A stretch of 20,000 nucleotides of DNA from IMG/VR virus record IMGVR_UViG_3300022868_000018. One strand, written 5' to 3'. The stretch comes from an uncultured virus (IMG/VR IMGVR_UViG_3300022868_000018). Lineage: Duplodnaviria > Heunggongvirae > Uroviricota > Caudoviricetes. The translations under genes and the position numbers were made by a program. Of the stretch, positions 1-8,582 are shown piece after piece; the stretch's first letter is position 1; each line of letters opens with the position of its first letter. The notes under the pieces are model-generated. The model was not told where the DNA came from and did not search any database. It worked only from the letters and a program-made list of their open reading frames with translations.

Positions 1-621
1 GAGTTGGTCGCCTGCGGCATATCGGTGGAGCAGGTAGCGTCGAAGGCGGGCATGGCGGCGGCGACTGTGCAGAGCCGGATCGCGATACATGAGACGGCGG
101 GGCAGGCGGCGCGGCAGGCGTTTATCCGGGAGGACTTCGGCGTGCTGATCCTCGACCTTGTTTCCGAATTGCCAGACCGTGACCTGGCACCTGTGCGGTG
201 TCCGCAGTGTGGGCTCATTCACAGGGAGGGCGTGCAGACCTGTGTGGGCTGTCGACTCGACTTGCGCGGGGAGCCGGTCATCCCGTGTGGGAATCCGCAG
301 GCGGCGGCAGTGAAGCTGTGCCGGGGCCGGCTGTTGGCATCGGCAAAGGAGATCGTCCAGCAGGTGCAGGAGTCATACGGTCTGGCGGATGTCCCGGTAC
401 AGACAAGCCTGGGCTTCGATGACGTGCAGATAAGCGAGGAGGCCGTGAAGGTCAAGTCCGAGTTCGAGCGCAGGCTGGGTGACCTGAGCAAGTTTGAGGC
501 CTGGGCAAGCAAGAACGCGGGGTTACTGGCGGAGTACAGCGGTAGCACACGGGCCGCGATAGGCGCGCAGTGTGCAGCAGGCGAAAACATCCTGAGACGG
601 GTAAGGGAGGCGGTAGCATGA
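1..621 (+). CDS. 5'-truncated protein with HTH and Zn ribbon, possibly the C-terminal part of a ParB/Spo0J-like protein
   Basis: Frame open from base 1. GISVEQVASKAGMAAATVQSRIAI resembles the HTH that follows ParB-N domains; CPQC...CVGC motif. Stop overlaps next ATG (ATGA 618-621). Confidence 0.55.
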   Translation, partial: ELVACGISVEQVASKAGMAAATVQSRIAIHETAGQAARQAFIREDFGVLILDLVSELPDRDLAPVRCPQCGLIHREGVQTCVGCRLDLRGEPVIPCGNPQAAAVKLCRGRLLASAKEIVQQVQESYGLADVPVQTSLGFDDVQISEEAVKVKSEFERRLGDLSKFEAWASKNAGLLAEYSGSTRAAIGAQCAAGENILRRVREAVA

Positions 622-938
622 CCACAGCACGGAAGAGGGCGAAGCTCGCCGGCATGATAGCACGCCTGGACTACCGCGACCGGGAGCAGTTTGAGCGGGC
701 GCGGCGCAACTGCAAGCCGGACCTCGACCATGACCTGTTTGTGGCGAGCCTGCACCTACCAATCGGTGGGGGCGGTCCGAATGTGCGGGCGACACAGTAC
801 CGAATAGGCGAGGCAGTAGACAGCGAGCACGCGGGGCAGTTGACGCTCTGCGAGAACGAAAAGGAGGTTCGGAGGGTGTCGGCGACTACGAGCACACAAT
901 CGGCTACCAGGTCAGCAACGGCGACCTGCGGGCAATAG
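618..938 (+). CDS. hypothetical phage protein
   Basis: SD GGGAGG at 605-610; ATGA overlap with upstream gene; start refined to MTTARKRAK. Confidence 0.6.
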   Translation: MTTARKRAKLAGMIARLDYRDREQFERARRNCKPDLDHDLFVASLHLPIGGGGPNVRATQYRIGEAVDSEHAGQLTLCENEKEVRRVSATTSTQSATRSATATCGQ

Positions 939-1032
939 ATGCAGCAGCGTTAGTCACCTGAGGCCCGGCTTCTGCGCCTTCGCGGGCGTAGAGGCAGGCC
1001 CTCCAACGAGGGTACTATGAGACAGGGAGGCA

Positions 1033-1332
1033 GTGATCGTGTATCTAGTACAGGACACAGCCAACGCTCATTTCCACGTTCCAGAATACTGTTGGCGTGA
1101 CGTTAGTACGCATCGCGTATTGCGTCAGGCAGTTGCGTCAGCGCGGCGTGCGTTGATAGATACCGGCGGCACAGGACGGGCCAACAACGTGCAGATACTG
1201 CGCGACGGGGAACTGTTGTCCGACGCCGAGGAGCGGGAGGCGCACCTGATGGCGGAGTGTGAGCGATGCCAGTGCAAGTTGCCTGCATCGCGCATCGCAC
1301 GTGATCAACTATGCGCTGAGTGTAGCAGGTGA
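1033..1332 (+). CDS. hypothetical protein with C-terminal CxxC...CxxC Zn finger
   Basis: SD AGGGAGG upstream; CERC...CAEC. Confidence 0.7.
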   Translation: MIVYLVQDTANAHFHVPEYCWRDVSTHRVLRQAVASARRALIDTGGTGRANNVQILRDGELLSDAEEREAHLMAECERCQCKLPASRIARDQLCAECSR

Positions 1333-1377
1333 CAGGCAGAGTAGTATCGGACATATCACAGACAGGGAGGCAGTACG

Positions 1378-1668
1378 ATGGATGTCAAGCAGATCGCGGT
1401 ACAGCAGGTAACGTTCATGCGGTGGTACAAGGATTTCGGGGAGGATGGCGCGCCTTTGCTGCAGGTGAACTACAATCACCCGACTGGCCACACGGTGAAG
1501 ATTGACCTGGCCGTGGAGCATGACGAAGTGACAGCGGCGCTGGTGGAGAGCATCGCCGTGCTGAATGGGCTGGTGGCAGTGGATGGGGGATCGCGCGTGT
1601 GGGGCGAGTGGCATACCGGGCCGGACACGTTCAAGTTGCAAGGCTGGGAAGATATAGCGGTACAGTGA
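1378..1668 (+). CDS. hypothetical phage protein
   Basis: SD AGGGAGG 1364-1370, ATG 1378. Confidence 0.75.
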   Translation: MDVKQIAVQQVTFMRWYKDFGEDGAPLLQVNYNHPTGHTVKIDLAVEHDEVTAALVESIAVLNGLVAVDGGSRVWGEWHTGPDTFKLQGWEDIAVQ

Positions 1669-1710
1669 CGTATCCGAGGGGCGCGGCTCTAACGCGCGGG
1701 AGGCGGGACG

Positions 1711-1836
1711 ATGACCATCGACTGGACGCTCGTTGAGCTCGTGCTGTACCTCATCGCCGTGGCGCTGTTCGGCGTCGTGGTGTTGATTGACGACCGGGAG
1801 CAGTACACTGAGGACGGAGAGGGCGATTCCGAATGA
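1711..1836 (+). CDS. 41-aa single-TM membrane peptide (not in ORF track)
   Basis: SD GGGAGG; MTIDWTLVELVLYLIAVALFGVVVLIDDREQYTEDGEGDSE*; ATGA overlap with next gene. Confidence 0.7.
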   Translation: MTIDWTLVELVLYLIAVALFGVVVLIDDREQYTEDGEGDSE

Positions 1837-1953
1837 CTATGGGAGACCGGATCAAAGCAGCGCGGCTGGCCGCCGGAATGTCGCAGGCTGCTGGAACTCG
1901 CACGTCCGAGGGGCGTGGTCGCGGCCACCGAAGAGGAGTGCGATGCCGAATGA
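1833..1953 (+). pseudogene. probable internally deleted, frameshifted XRE-family HTH regulator
   Basis: MGDRIKAARLAAGMSQA is a typical XRE helix-1 start but the HTH is missing. The +1 frame from 1888 reads LLELARPRGVVAATEEECDAE* and ends in an ATGA overlap at 1950-1953. Confidence 0.55.
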
Positions 1954-2039
1954 ACAGCCTCATGGACGCGATAGTGGACGCGCTGACAGAAGTGCTGATG
2001 CAACTGCTCGGACTCGACACTGGAAAGAAAGGGCGATGA
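1950..2039 (+). CDS. 29-aa peptide MNSLMDAIVDALTEVLMQLLGLDTGKKGR
   Basis: SD GAGGAG about 10 nt upstream; ATGA overlap; stop abuts next ATG. Confidence 0.5.
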   Translation: MNSLMDAIVDALTEVLMQLLGLDTGKKGR

Positions 2040-2333
2040 ATGATGACCGTACAAGACGAAGTGCGGAGATTGCGCTTGGGCATTCTGAATGCGGATATGA
2101 GAACAAAACTGACTAACCCGCTCATCTATGCTCACCTAACTGAGTTCGTATTCGGTAACAGGAAGGGCGAGTGGTTGACGGTGGCACTACTCAGCAATCG
2201 GGTACTGCAGATAACCAGGGATGGCGTAACTACAACTGAACCGCCCTATGGTTCTGCCGCCGAGATGCTGGATGCAGCAAGCCACAAAGTTGCGCTCTGG
2301 CTGCGAAGTGGAGAGGAGGCCCCCGATGCCTAA
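2040..2333 (+). CDS. hypothetical phage protein
   Basis: SD AAGGG; 3' end overlaps the recombinase start. Confidence 0.65.
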   Translation: MMTVQDEVRRLRLGILNADMRTKLTNPLIYAHLTEFVFGNRKGEWLTVALLSNRVLQITRDGVTTTEPPYGSAAEMLDAASHKVALWLRSGEEAPDA

Positions 2334-3003
2334 CCGACTACCCCGCGTCGTCACGCGGGAACAAGCAGCGGCGATGCTGGCAATCCCCAGCATCAAAAGC
2401 CCCACCGGCCTCCGCCAGCGCGTCGTCCTTGAAGTGCTCTACCGCGCAGGCCTCCGGGCAGCCGAAGTCACAGGCTTGAAAGCGGAGGATGTTCACATCA
2501 AAGAACTGCGGCTCGACATCAGGGGCAGCAAGCGGGCGCAGTCAAGGGCGGTACCCATCGGGGCAGAACTCGCCGGTTGGTTGCAGTCCTGGGCGCTGAT
2601 GCGCCCGCAGAAGTCGGAGTGGTTCTTCTCCGCATTCCGAAGCAAGGGCGGTGGGGGGCCAGGCAACCGGCTTCAGGAGAGTTGGCTGAGGCGAATGGTC
2701 GGTGGGATCGCGCAACAGGCAGGCATCGACCCGCTGCTTGTGTCGCCGCACGTCTTTCGGCACACCTACGCCACGGAGTTGCTGGAAGACGGGTTCACCA
2801 TCTCCGAAATCCAGTTGCTGCTCGGGCATAGCAGCATCCGCACGACGGCCATCTACCTGCACGTGAAGCTCAGTGAACTCGCGGAGAAGGTGGCGGCAAG
2901 GGACGCGGAGAGAGACGTGCTGGCCGAGGACGTGGCGGCGACGCTGAAAGGTCTCGACCGTGATCAGTTGCAGGGCTTGAAGGAGGTCCTTGGCACTATC
3001 TGA
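2326..3003 (+). CDS. tyrosine recombinase (XerC/D-like), catalytic domain only, 225 aa
   Basis: SD GAGGAGG then ATG 2326 (MPNRLPRVVT). Motifs YRAGLRAAE (R), RGSK (K), PHVFRHTYAT (HxxR), LLGHSSIRTTAIY (H, Y). Confidence 0.92.
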   Translation: MPNRLPRVVTREQAAAMLAIPSIKSPTGLRQRVVLEVLYRAGLRAAEVTGLKAEDVHIKELRLDIRGSKRAQSRAVPIGAELAGWLQSWALMRPQKSEWFFSAFRSKGGGGPGNRLQESWLRRMVGGIAQQAGIDPLLVSPHVFRHTYATELLEDGFTISEIQLLLGHSSIRTTAIYLHVKLSELAEKVAARDAERDVLAEDVAATLKGLDRDQLQGLKEVLGTI

Positions 3004-3053
3004 GCAGCAGGACATCAAACATCCGACGGGCGCGAAAACGCGGGAGGAATGAC

Positions 3054-3317
3054 ATGACGGGAGCGTCTGAGGAAGCAGGACTGTTGGCTGGTATCAAGCG
3101 ACGAGCGCACATTGCGACACTGATACCCAAGCCGGATGTGGTTGCCAAGCTGATGGCATTGCAGAACAAGCTCACCAACGATGCGATAAAGTGCGTCCCG
3201 CATAGAGGCACCCTCGAAACCTGGAAGGCTCTCTTGACGGGGAAGAGGATGGGGTGCTTGCTTGCCGCTGACTACGTGGATGAACTGATAGCGGAAATCG
3301 AAGAGGGTGAAGCGTGA
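3054..3317 (+). CDS. hypothetical phage protein
   Basis: SD GGGAGG 3042-3047. Confidence 0.7.
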   Translation: MTGASEEAGLLAGIKRRAHIATLIPKPDVVAKLMALQNKLTNDAIKCVPHRGTLETWKALLTGKRMGCLLAADYVDELIAEIEEGEA

Positions 3318-3475
3318 TGGGATACCCACAGGATAGACGCTGCCCCTGCAAGCAATGGTCGTGGGGCAAGCAGCGGGCGGCAACCCATTCCGAGGGCTAC
3401 CTATGCCCGCCCCACCACTTGCTGCAGACAGGCGGCACGGGAACCGAACCTGAGAATAAACGGGAGGAAGCATGA
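3317..3475 (+). CDS. 52-aa Cys/His peptide (not in ORF track)
   Basis: MGYPQDRRCPCKQW...LCPPHH...KREEA* fills the gap exactly, with TGATG and ATGA overlaps at its ends. Confidence 0.55.
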   Translation: MGYPQDRRCPCKQWSWGKQRAATHSEGYLCPPHHLLQTGGTGTEPENKREEA

Positions 3476-3780
3476 TGGCAGCAAAGATGAGTGCGTTTGT
3501 TATCAGTGAGCCAGATGCCATTCGGCGAATCGCCAAAACACTGACACGCGACGAGGCTGAAATTGTTGCGCGTGCCCGCGCCAGCGGAATCGTTTCGTCG
3601 GGTGGGTTTTTCCCTAACTTTCCTGGCATAACCCAGGCCATCGCCGGAACACTATCACACGTAGAGGCCGAATTCATTGCGGAATACCGCGTTGAGGATG
3701 CCGAATTCGTGTGCCGTGTACTTCACGCAAAGCAGCAAGCGGAGAAAGAATTGGCGGCGCTTGAAGATGATGGTGAGTAG
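3472..3780 (+). CDS. hypothetical phage protein
   Basis: SD GGGAGG immediately upstream. Confidence 0.7.
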   Translation: MMAAKMSAFVISEPDAIRRIAKTLTRDEAEIVARARASGIVSSGGFFPNFPGITQAIAGTLSHVEAEFIAEYRVEDAEFVCRVLHAKQQAEKELAALEDDGE

Positions 3781-3826
3781 TATGCGCAGGAATCAGACAG
3801 GTGCGAAGAGCGCGGGAGGAAACAAA

Positions 3827-4033
3827 ATGACCATATATGAGCTCAGGGACCTGGCAAACGTATTCGTAGCAAAGGACAACGAGGATATGGAGGTGAAGCT
3901 CGTTCTCTGCCAGACGCACAACAACCTAGAGTACGAGGTCGGCGAAGTTGGTCTGGATGAGAATGGCAACTTGCGGCTTGAGACTGGTGACCAAATTGGC
4001 TATGCCGGTGCCGACATCGTTGAACCGTGGTAG
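3827..4033 (+). CDS. hypothetical acidic phage protein (MTIYELRDL...)
   Basis: SD GGGAGG 3814-3819; start refined within ORF 3677..4033. Confidence 0.75.
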   Translation: MTIYELRDLANVFVAKDNEDMEVKLVLCQTHNNLEYEVGEVGLDENGNLRLETGDQIGYAGADIVEPW

Positions 4034-4044
4034 GACACAGCACG

Positions 4045-4078
4045 AAGCCCTCGGTGTCAATGCCGAGGGCTTTTCTGT
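4045..4078 (+). terminator. rho-independent terminator at the convergence of the two gene blocks
   Basis: AAGCCCTCGGTG-TCAA-TGCCGAGGGCTT stem followed by TTCTGT. Confidence 0.85.
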
Positions 4079-4094
4079 GCCTGCTCGCCGACTG

Positions 4095-4292
4095 TCACAC
4101 TGCCGGCTCGTCTCCTTGCTTCCCAGGCGGGCGCAGTTTGATGGCCTCGGCCCAAAGCTCACGCGCTATCGCCGCCCCGTCTGGATCACCCTCCGCGATG
4201 TACGCATCATTGAGCGTCCACAGGGCCATCGTTGCGTTTGCCAGCGGGCAACCACACTGTTCTTCACCCCGAATGAGTCTTTGTGGTCTCAT
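4095..4292 (-). CDS. hypothetical protein, last gene of leftward block
   Basis: SD GGAGG upstream; overlaps end of previous gene. Confidence 0.55.
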   Translation of the reverse strand: MRPQRLIRGEEQCGCPLANATMALWTLNDAYIAEGDPDGAAIARELWAEAIKLRPPGKQGDEPAV

Positions 4293-5475
4293 GTTTGCTG
4301 CCTCCTTTCGTCGCTGTGCTTCCCGCGAATACCCCCAGGCAGCAGGGAACGCCCTTCTCGGCGCAACGAGCTATGATGTAAGCTTTGGGTAAGCGTGTCC
4401 AGATTACGCACGGTGGCTCAGGTTCGGTCCAAGTGCCAAAACCGTCCAGCCAAGTACCCCATACCGCTACCATGCCACTGTATGACGCGGCTCCGTATGC
4501 CATCTTCGTCACGCTGCGGAACAGAACATCGTGCCCATCGGTATCCTGTAGCGTCACCGTCGGCGGTTCTTCCGTCTTCTCCGGCGGGCACGGGACGCCA
4601 CTCTCTTCACCATCGCACAAGCACTCTATCCATTCGGCTCGCGGGTCCTTGGTCATACATTCCGTGCGCCGCGCCAGGCACTTGAAGAGCAACCCGCACT
4701 CAACACACTGCAGCGTTGTCCATTTCTCGCTGAAGTTCGTGCCATCGCCGAACCACTTGCCATTCTGCAACTCGCCACACCGGGGGCAATAGACCTCGGG
4801 CAGGTCGTCGCGTGATGCTACTGCGCGGCGGGCATCATCCAGTGCTTCCCTCGATTTCTCGGGGAGGCCATCTTTCCCACAGCACGGGACGCCAGTGGCG
4901 GCGCAGGCAGCGAGGGCTTTCTCCACAGGAAGCAGGATGCCCCAACCATCAGCGTGAGACTTTTTGTGGCGTCCATGCCAGAAGCCACCCATATACCGCC
5001 CAGAGCCCCATACCTGGCAAAACGTACCGCCAAGAAAGTAGCGCGGCTCTATGTGAGTGATATGCGAAAACTCCATCGGACAGTCCTTTGCGAATGTCGG
5101 CAACATCACCACCGGCGGCTCCGCCCCCTCGCAACTCCAGGTCGGGCCGAAGGCATTCTCATCACGGGCAAGCAGGGTGATTTCGGCGATAGATTCGGAC
5201 ACACCAACCCAGTCCTCATCCAAGCTATTGTATTTGCCAATGACGCGGACGCCACGGAGGACCTTAGCCAGAGACGTGATTGCGCTGAACACATAGGGTT
5301 GACCCAATGTCACACCGTGCAGCGTCACCGTCGGCGGCTTGTCCTCGGCCAGTTCCCGCTTCGTCCGCTCAAGCCAGACCGTCAGCCTGTTTGCCAGTTC
5401 ATCATCCCCACTGCACGAAATCGCTGCCCTCGCCTTCCGAACATCCTCCATCAACTCGTCTCCCAACTTGCCCAT
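4264..5475 (-). CDS. 403-aa protein with three copies of a repeated FlbD-like domain and a Zn ribbon
   Basis: Repeats begin PPTVTL / PPVVML / PPTVTL; two end CAxxGVPCC; CPRC...CVEC lies between copies 2 and 3. Confidence 0.8.
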   Translation of the reverse strand: MGKLGDELMEDVRKARAAISCSGDDELANRLTVWLERTKRELAEDKPPTVTLHGVTLGQPYVFSAITSLAKVLRGVRVIGKYNSLDEDWVGVSESIAEITLLARDENAFGPTWSCEGAEPPVVMLPTFAKDCPMEFSHITHIEPRYFLGGTFCQVWGSGRYMGGFWHGRHKKSHADGWGILLPVEKALAACAATGVPCCGKDGLPEKSREALDDARRAVASRDDLPEVYCPRCGELQNGKWFGDGTNFSEKWTTLQCVECGLLFKCLARRTECMTKDPRAEWIECLCDGEESGVPCPPEKTEEPPTVTLQDTDGHDVLFRSVTKMAYGAASYSGMVAVWGTWLDGFGTWTEPEPPCVIWTRLPKAYIIARCAEKGVPCCLGVFAGSTATKGGSKHETTKTHSG

Positions 5476-5477
5476 CG

Positions 5478-6092
5478 TTACTCATCTCCCGTCTCTGTAG
5501 TTGGCGGCTGTTCAGTCGCCGCCTTTCGCCCTTTCGCCTTCTCGACCAACCCGCCCCACGCCGCAGCCATGTCCCGTACCGCCGTATCGCAGCGCGGGCA
5601 GACCTGCCCGTACACCATCGCCCCGCAGTACGAGGGCGGCTCCCCTATCACCTGCACGATACCCTCACACCGCTGCCCTATCGACGCATACAGGCGCACC
5701 AACATCAGCCCCGCCTCCGCATACTCAACAGACTCGTAACGACCGCGGAACGCTGTGACCAGCGTGTGCATCAGCAATCCAAGCCCGAACTCCACGACCT
5801 CGCCCTGCCGCACCCGCAACTGGAGCGCGGCATAGTCCTGCGACGACTTCCAATAGCACGCATGACAGAGGCACGTCCAGCCATCGCCGTTCGCGCTCGG
5901 CACCTCAAACTGCCATAACTCCTGCTGGCATCGGCTGCAGTCGGTATTCCGCAGAGCGGTTATCGTGTTCTTGTAGGTCTCGAAATCCGCCGTCCCAGCG
6001 GCATAGGCATCGGTCACGTCGCGCATGATTACGCCCGTCTCCGACTGGTGGTCATCCTTGCGCTCTACGAGTACGCCGCTCAGGTCAAGCAT
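5478..6092 (-). CDS. Cys-rich hypothetical protein
   Basis: SD GGAAGGGG 9 nt before ATG 6092 (MLDLSG); CSRC, CLCHAC and CPRC motifs. Confidence 0.7.
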   Translation of the reverse strand: MLDLSGVLVERKDDHQSETGVIMRDVTDAYAAGTADFETYKNTITALRNTDCSRCQQELWQFEVPSANGDGWTCLCHACYWKSSQDYAALQLRVRQGEVVEFGLGLLMHTLVTAFRGRYESVEYAEAGLMLVRLYASIGQRCEGIVQVIGEPPSYCGAMVYGQVCPRCDTAVRDMAAAWGGLVEKAKGRKAATEQPPTTETGDE

Positions 6093-6105
6093 CGGTATCA
6101 TCCCC

Positions 6106-6113
6106 TTCCATTT
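6106..6113. repeat. 8-bp target site duplication TTCCATTT (left copy)
   Basis: Identical to 8656-8663; abuts the IR. Confidence 0.92.
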
Positions 6114-6136
6114 GGGACCTATATACCTGACGCAAC

Positions 6137-6862
6137 CTAAAGCCGTTCGTGTTTGTCGTACAAGTTGCGGAGATCTTCAGGGGCGATTCGGAATTTGGTA
6201 CCGTGGTTGCGAAGGGCCTTGCTGTTAGGCCGTGCCTCGCGCACATCGAAGTCTATAGCGATCCTACCGTCTGTCAGGGCCTCGGCGAATTCTGAAAGGT
6301 GAATGGTTTCATATAGGTCGGCCCGGTCAAAACGCACCCTCCGCTCACGCCTAACGCCTTGCACGACGACCAGACGACGGAGCTTGCCGCCAGCGATGTT
6401 CAGGAGTGTGTCATGCGACCAGATAGGCACAGGGCCATTACCATTGAGGGGCCGAACGATGATATTGCCTGCATCATCAAAGACCTTGAACCTGTCGGAT
6501 GTTCCCTTGATGGTATGCCGGAAGCTCAACCGCCCATTGTCGTCCAGCCAGCCATACTTACTGACCATGTAGCGCATGACGCGGGTACCGTCGTCACACT
6601 CCTTGTGGAACATGGTAATCAGGTGGGTCTGAGGAGAACACCACTTGACCTCCCAGCCGATGCAGTCGGGTATGTCCTTACCACCAGCCGTCAGGCCCAG
6701 CATGTCTTCAAGGAAATTGCCTGGACCTCCTGTGCCATTGTAGCGTGGCACACCGGGCGTCATGTCCAGCCAACCTATCTCAAGCAGGTTGCGAAGACGA
6801 GCCACCATCTCCCTCTTCGTCGTTGGTGGTTCAAGGGGCGGCACGAACGGTTGTGTGGTCAT
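6137..6862 (-). CDS. MvaI/BcnI-family restriction endonuclease
   Basis: GTGGPGNFLEDMLGL...IPDCIGWEVK (PD-(D/E)xK core) and C-terminal RNHGTKFRI; adjacent to a methyltransferase. Confidence 0.85.
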   Translation of the reverse strand: MTTQPFVPPLEPPTTKREMVARLRNLLEIGWLDMTPGVPRYNGTGGPGNFLEDMLGLTAGGKDIPDCIGWEVKWCSPQTHLITMFHKECDDGTRVMRYMVSKYGWLDDNGRLSFRHTIKGTSDRFKVFDDAGNIIVRPLNGNGPVPIWSHDTLLNIAGGKLRRLVVVQGVRRERRVRFDRADLYETIHLSEFAEALTDGRIAIDFDVREARPNSKALRNHGTKFRIAPEDLRNLYDKHERL

Positions 6863-7674
6863 TCCCTGAGCAGTCCCTTCGCAGCAAGTATGCGTTCCTT
6901 GGCAAGCTTGCCGTAGTCTGCCGAAACATCAATGCCTACCCACTCGCGGCCCAGGCTTTCAGCGGCTATCGCCGTAGAGCCGGAACCCATGAACGGGTCA
7001 AGCACGATCTGCGCGTTAGTTGCCTTGATACACCTTGCCGCCAGTTCCACAGGGAATGGGGCTGGATGGGGGTTGTTGCTCTCTTGGGGTATGTGCCATA
7101 CGTCACCGATTGCGTTTGCCTTCCGGGCCAACTTGAATTCAGGTTTGCAGATGATGTAAATGACTTCGTAAGTCGGCAGGAAGTATCCGGGATTGAAGTT
7201 TATGCCGCCATCGCGCTGCCAAATGATGATTTGACGGACAGGGAACCCATCAACGATGTCGTGGCGATCCTGCAAGAGACCTCCCTGGACGCGCCACTTA
7301 TGGTTGTAGAAGATAGCTCCGTCTTCGCGCAGCAAGCGTATCATTGCGGTTAGGCACTGGCGCTGCCAGGCCACATACTCCGCATGAGGCATGGTGTCGT
7401 CATGGTCGGTATAACCATTGATGAGGGCAGCATTCTTCCACTTTCCGCCGCGCCCGTCTTTCATGCCGTTGCCGGTGCTATTCTTCAGGTTGTACGGAGG
7501 GGACGTTACAATGAGATCAATAGAACCGGCAGGCATCCGGTCCATTAGTTCAACGGAATCGCCACAATGAACCTTGCCGATCCACTTCTCCATCAACCCG
7601 CGAGGAACGCGACTGACGGCGGCGGTGAGAAGATCATCCATGCCCATCGAAATGCGCGTGGCCCTCTCACTCAT
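6859..7674 (-). CDS. site-specific DNA methyltransferase, N4-C/N6-A beta class
   Basis: DLIVTSPPYN (motif IV) precedes HPAPFP and VLDPFMGSGST (motif I), the beta-class order. Confidence 0.95.
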   Translation of the reverse strand: MSERATRISMGMDDLLTAAVSRVPRGLMEKWIGKVHCGDSVELMDRMPAGSIDLIVTSPPYNLKNSTGNGMKDGRGGKWKNAALINGYTDHDDTMPHAEYVAWQRQCLTAMIRLLREDGAIFYNHKWRVQGGLLQDRHDIVDGFPVRQIIIWQRDGGINFNPGYFLPTYEVIYIICKPEFKLARKANAIGDVWHIPQESNNPHPAPFPVELAARCIKATNAQIVLDPFMGSGSTAIAAESLGREWVGIDVSADYGKLAKERILAAKGLLRE

Positions 7675-8582
7675 GCAATCAGCCCCTTATATGTCAGGCG
7701 AAGCCCTGAGGTGTTTTCGAGGAGAGTGTCAACCCGTTCGGTGCCGTCAAGGTCGTTCATGTTCCACCGTGCCTCAAACTCCGCGATGTAACGGTGAATA
7801 TGCTTGGCGGTCATCTTGTGAAAGATACCATAGTGGCCACGCTTTAGCAAGGCCCAAAATGACTCAATGCCGTTCGTGTGGCAATCGCCGTTCACATACT
7901 CGCCGGCTGAGTGGTTGACGCTTTGATGATTGTACCCGTCCAGACCGAGGTAGCTGCTATGATCATCACTATACAGCGTGGAGTTCAGACTCACGTTCTC
8001 CCTGATAAACCTGTGGACCTCTTCTCGATTGGTCCTCCCAATCATCTCTGCGGCAACACGGCCATCACGCTCACGCGCGCCCATGACGGTCAACTTGCCG
8101 ACCGGACCCCGACCAGCATTCAGTTTCTTGCTGGCATGCTTGTTACCTTCCTTGCCGCCGATATAAGTCTCGTCAGCCTCTACTGTGCCGTCCATCGGGC
8201 CGCCGAGATCGCCTACGGCACCGGCTACTTCGCGAAGCCTGCCGAGCATGAACCAGGCCGTCTTCTGAGTGACGCCGATTTCGCGGGCGAGTTGCGTGGA
8301 TGCGATACCCTTGCGGTTCATGGTGATAAGCCAAACCGCAGCGAACCATTTCCGCAAGGGCAGGCGGCTCTCCTCAAAGATCGTGCCCTTGCGGACGCTG
8401 AACTGCTTATTACAGTCGGCACACTTGTAGACATGTCGGCGCTCAATCCGATAGAACTTTCGGGCACTACCGCAGAGGGGACAGATAATGCCCTTCGGCC
8501 AGCGCAGTTTCTCCAGGTGCAAGATGCAAGTCTTTTCGTTGGGAAAGGCTTCCATCAGGGAGAATAGGCTATCGTATCTCAT
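7671..8582 (-). CDS. IS1595-family DDE transposase, 303 aa
   Basis: Start refined to MRYDSL with SD AAAGGGG. LRWPKG..CPLCG..YKCADC Zn ribbon; VEADETYIGG, LYSDD, VNHS..YV, HTNGIESFWALLKRG..G, YIAEFEARWN. Confidence 0.95.
   Translation of the reverse strand: MRYDSLFSLMEAFPNEKTCILHLEKLRWPKGIICPLCGSARKFYRIERRHVYKCADCNKQFSVRKGTIFEESRLPLRKWFAAVWLITMNRKGIASTQLAREIGVTQKTAWFMLGRLREVAGAVGDLGGPMDGTVEADETYIGGKEGNKHASKKLNAGRGPVGKLTVMGARERDGRVAAEMIGRTNREEVHRFIRENVSLNSTLYSDDHSSYLGLDGYNHQSVNHSAGEYVNGDCHTNGIESFWALLKRGHYGIFHKMTAKHIHRYIAEFEARWNMNDLDGTERVDTLLENTSGLRLTYKGLIA

Noticed and set aside
1390..1668. IAVQ / GCGGTACAG at both ends of one gene
   Set aside because: Only 9 identical bases; compatible with chance.
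3345..3430. Long imperfect hairpin as an ncRNA
   Set aside because: The pairing has many bulges, and a 52-aa ORF with overlaps at both ends explains the interval.
4030..4060. TTGACA on the minus strand inside the terminator as an antisense promoter
   Set aside because: No credible -10 box at a 16-18 bp spacing.
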